DNA of 64,000 bases. Source: Octopus sinensis (Eukaryota). Both the position numbers and the translations under genes were made by a program. A model generated the notes under the pieces. The model saw only the letters and a list, made by a program, of their open reading frames with translations. It searched no databases and was not told the DNA's origin. Shown here one piece after another: positions 61,966-64,000 of this stretch (position 1 is the first letter of the stretch; the number at the start of each line of letters is the position of its first letter). Where the stretch lies: contig NC_042998.1 of the NCBI RefSeq assembly GCF_006345805.1, positions 169,756,001-169,820,000 on the forward strand. Direction: 5' to 3'.

Positions 61966-62078
61966 TAATTGGCAGAAGTTACAGAACGACTCAAGGGCCA
62001 AGAGTTTCATTCATTGGTAGTTACCAATGCATATAACTCTCAGCCCTTGAGTCACTCTAACTTCTGCTGGTTACTAAT
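61961..62078. repeat. ~118-bp imperfect palindrome
   Basis: gcagaagtta/taacttctgc, gactcaagggc/gcccttgagtc, agagtt/aactct, cattggta/taccaatg. Confidence 0.85.
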
Positions 62079-62670
62079 ATAAAAATATAAATTCATGTTT
62101 TGAGTTCTATTTCTCTGTTAGCATTACTACTAACCACACGTGCACATACAAAATGGCCTCAGAGCTCACACTTGTTAGTTAGTTAGTTAGTGTAACTTCA
62201 GTTCTATGTATAGTATCTTGTCTATGAAGTAGCCAACAGCAACTGCCATTTTGAAAAGACTCCAGTAACAATGTAATTTGTTAATAGCTCCAATAAGTTG
62301 CATATTAACAAAGTTCTCTGCATACCATGATAATATGATTAATCTTAAAAGACTGTACTGTTAGAGGAAAATTAGAAAATTACAAAACCTTATTCCATAA
62401 GGTGCCATAGTGCAATAATTCTTGAAATGCATGTCCTTATAATGATTCCATTATATTTATTTGCAAGCCCTAAAAATAGTAATATTTTGTTACCTACCAA
62501 AAATAATACTAGTTCTTTTATACAATAACAGCAGCAGCAGCAAGATAAGACTTCAGAGCTAGTAGTGTTGAGCCTGTTATTGTGCTACTACATGAAATAA
62601 TGCATAAGCAAAGCTTTCAGTTTTATATGTAACAAAAAAAAAATTTTCTTGCCAACTCATTGACAGGCTT

Positions 62671-62721
62671 AGACACTATGCTGGTGAGGTCTAATAGACT
62701 GAAACATGTCCATAGTTGTCT
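62671..62721 (+). ncRNA. minimal type-I hammerhead motif with A6G core change
   Basis: AGACACUAUG-CUGGUGA-GGUC uaaua GACU-GAAACAUGUC-CAUAGU u GUCU. Confidence 0.65.
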
Positions 62722-64000
62722 CTTGCTTGCTTGCAAATAATGATCAGACTTCTAATTTTTTTCTTTAATCTTTTACTTGCTGACTCTAGAGAAAGGAGTA
62801 GTGCCCATGGCTTTTGCCAGCCAACCAAGACTGATGAGATTGATACGGTTGATGTTTTCCTTAATCCTTTGCAAGTCAACACTTGGAGGAAAGACATGAA
62901 CAGTGATGGAATTCCAGAGACCTATATTCTGAGAAGGAAGGTCTTGGTGTAATGTTTAGTGTGGGGCTGTCATGGGCAAAATGTGACCTGCAGGACTTCT
63001 TGAATGGCATACCTAATGAAAAATTAGCTTGAATTTTTTTTAATGGTGTTCCTCTTTCCCTTCACATGTTATGATGAGCCATGGCAAAGGTGGCCCACTT
63101 CTTGTAAAAGTTTGCCTATGTGGAGGACTTGGACTAGGTAGGGATAGATACAAGGATGATGATGATGATGATAAAGGGATATGAGTTGGGTGTAAATGCC
63201 TTAGTGGAAATGATATGAGCTCAGCCACTTCTGAGAAGTAGAGGCCGTCATAGTAGCAGTAGAAAGTGGTTCTCAACCATTTTTTACTTAGGGACCCTCT
63301 TTGATTCCTGTTTTACTCTACTGGACCTCCATAGCCATTTGATGTGTATAAAAAAAACATCTTACTGTATTTTTATAATAAAATATTATTAAAAAAATAA
63401 AAATATTTTGTGTATTGTTGAAGTATAAGCATTTTATTGCACATAAATTTTAACAAGAAAATCTTATATGGACCCCGACTGAGAATTCCTAGTCTAGGAT
63501 GTATGTGCATGCAGCAGCACTGATACAGATGTGAGAGAATGATCTCACTATGGGCCTTACTTGAGCTTTGTACAGTATCGATAATTAAATATCTTCTGGC
63601 TCTGGAGAGAAGGGCTAATTAAGCAAATAAAAACTAAGAGATTAATTTTTAATTTGATTAAATTATTGCCCTTTTTTCTTTGAATGTGTCAAACAAAATC
63701 AAGATTTTTTTTTTTCCTTCAACTAAAAGGCCTGACAATGAAAGTTGCAACTGATCTGATCAATGGAACAGCCTACTTGTTAAATTAATGTGCAAGAAGC
63801 TGAGCACTCCACAGGTGCACATACTCTTTATGTAGTTCTCAGAGAGATTCATCATGACATACCAAAGGTGACAAGACTGGCCTGCTGAGCAACAATTACA
63901 ACTCATTTTTGCCAGCTGAATGGACTGGAGCAATGCGCCACCGATAATCTAACTCACAATTTTACATTCATGAGCCGAATACCCTAGTCATTAAGCCATG

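Noticed and set aside
61629-62710. Two same-strand hammerheads 1081 nt apart as a retrozyme or circular RNA unit
   Set aside because: The ribozymes and their flanks are not direct repeats, and the interval holds unrelated pieces (Tc1-like end, TA run, palindrome).
62716-62952. 78-aa plus-strand ORF right after the 62671 hammerhead
   Set aside because: No homology recognised and no splice context; cannot be supported.
54790-64000. Upstream CHSY1 exons (expected FMRADDD and W-S-Y-E motifs)
   Set aside because: Not found by eye; presumed to lie beyond the window.

Overview
AT-rich, microsatellite- and SINE-dense eukaryotic DNA. The SINE, RTE and MITE families look like those of octopus or another coleoid cephalopod (inferred from recognition, not a search). 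Two convergent genes are present. The 3' part of EFL1 (elongation factor-like GTPase 1, 60S maturation) is on +, with 16 GT-AG exons at 300..26159 that join in frame; its 5' exons lie outside the window. The large terminal exon of a chondroitin sulfate synthase (CHSY1-like) is on - at 53236..54789, and its upstream exons were not seen. Introns and intergenic DNA hold a full-length dead mariner, internally deleted mariners, a piggyBac derivative and TTAA MITEs, two Helitron-like elements, a solo LTR with a perfect 5-bp TSD, truncated RTE LINEs and at least three tRNA-type SINE families. The most notable extra signal is five loci (six motifs) with minimal type-I hammerhead ribozyme architecture, in apparently unrelated repeats. 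One sits in a tRNA-headed element that forms a ~390-bp palindrome, and every motif that keeps a cleavage triplet is antisense to its host gene. Also seen are several long fold-backs and a candidate unannotated small spliced gene on - at ~28.8-31.1 kb. All alignments and folds were done by eye, and repeat boundaries are approximate unless TSDs or TIRs are quoted.
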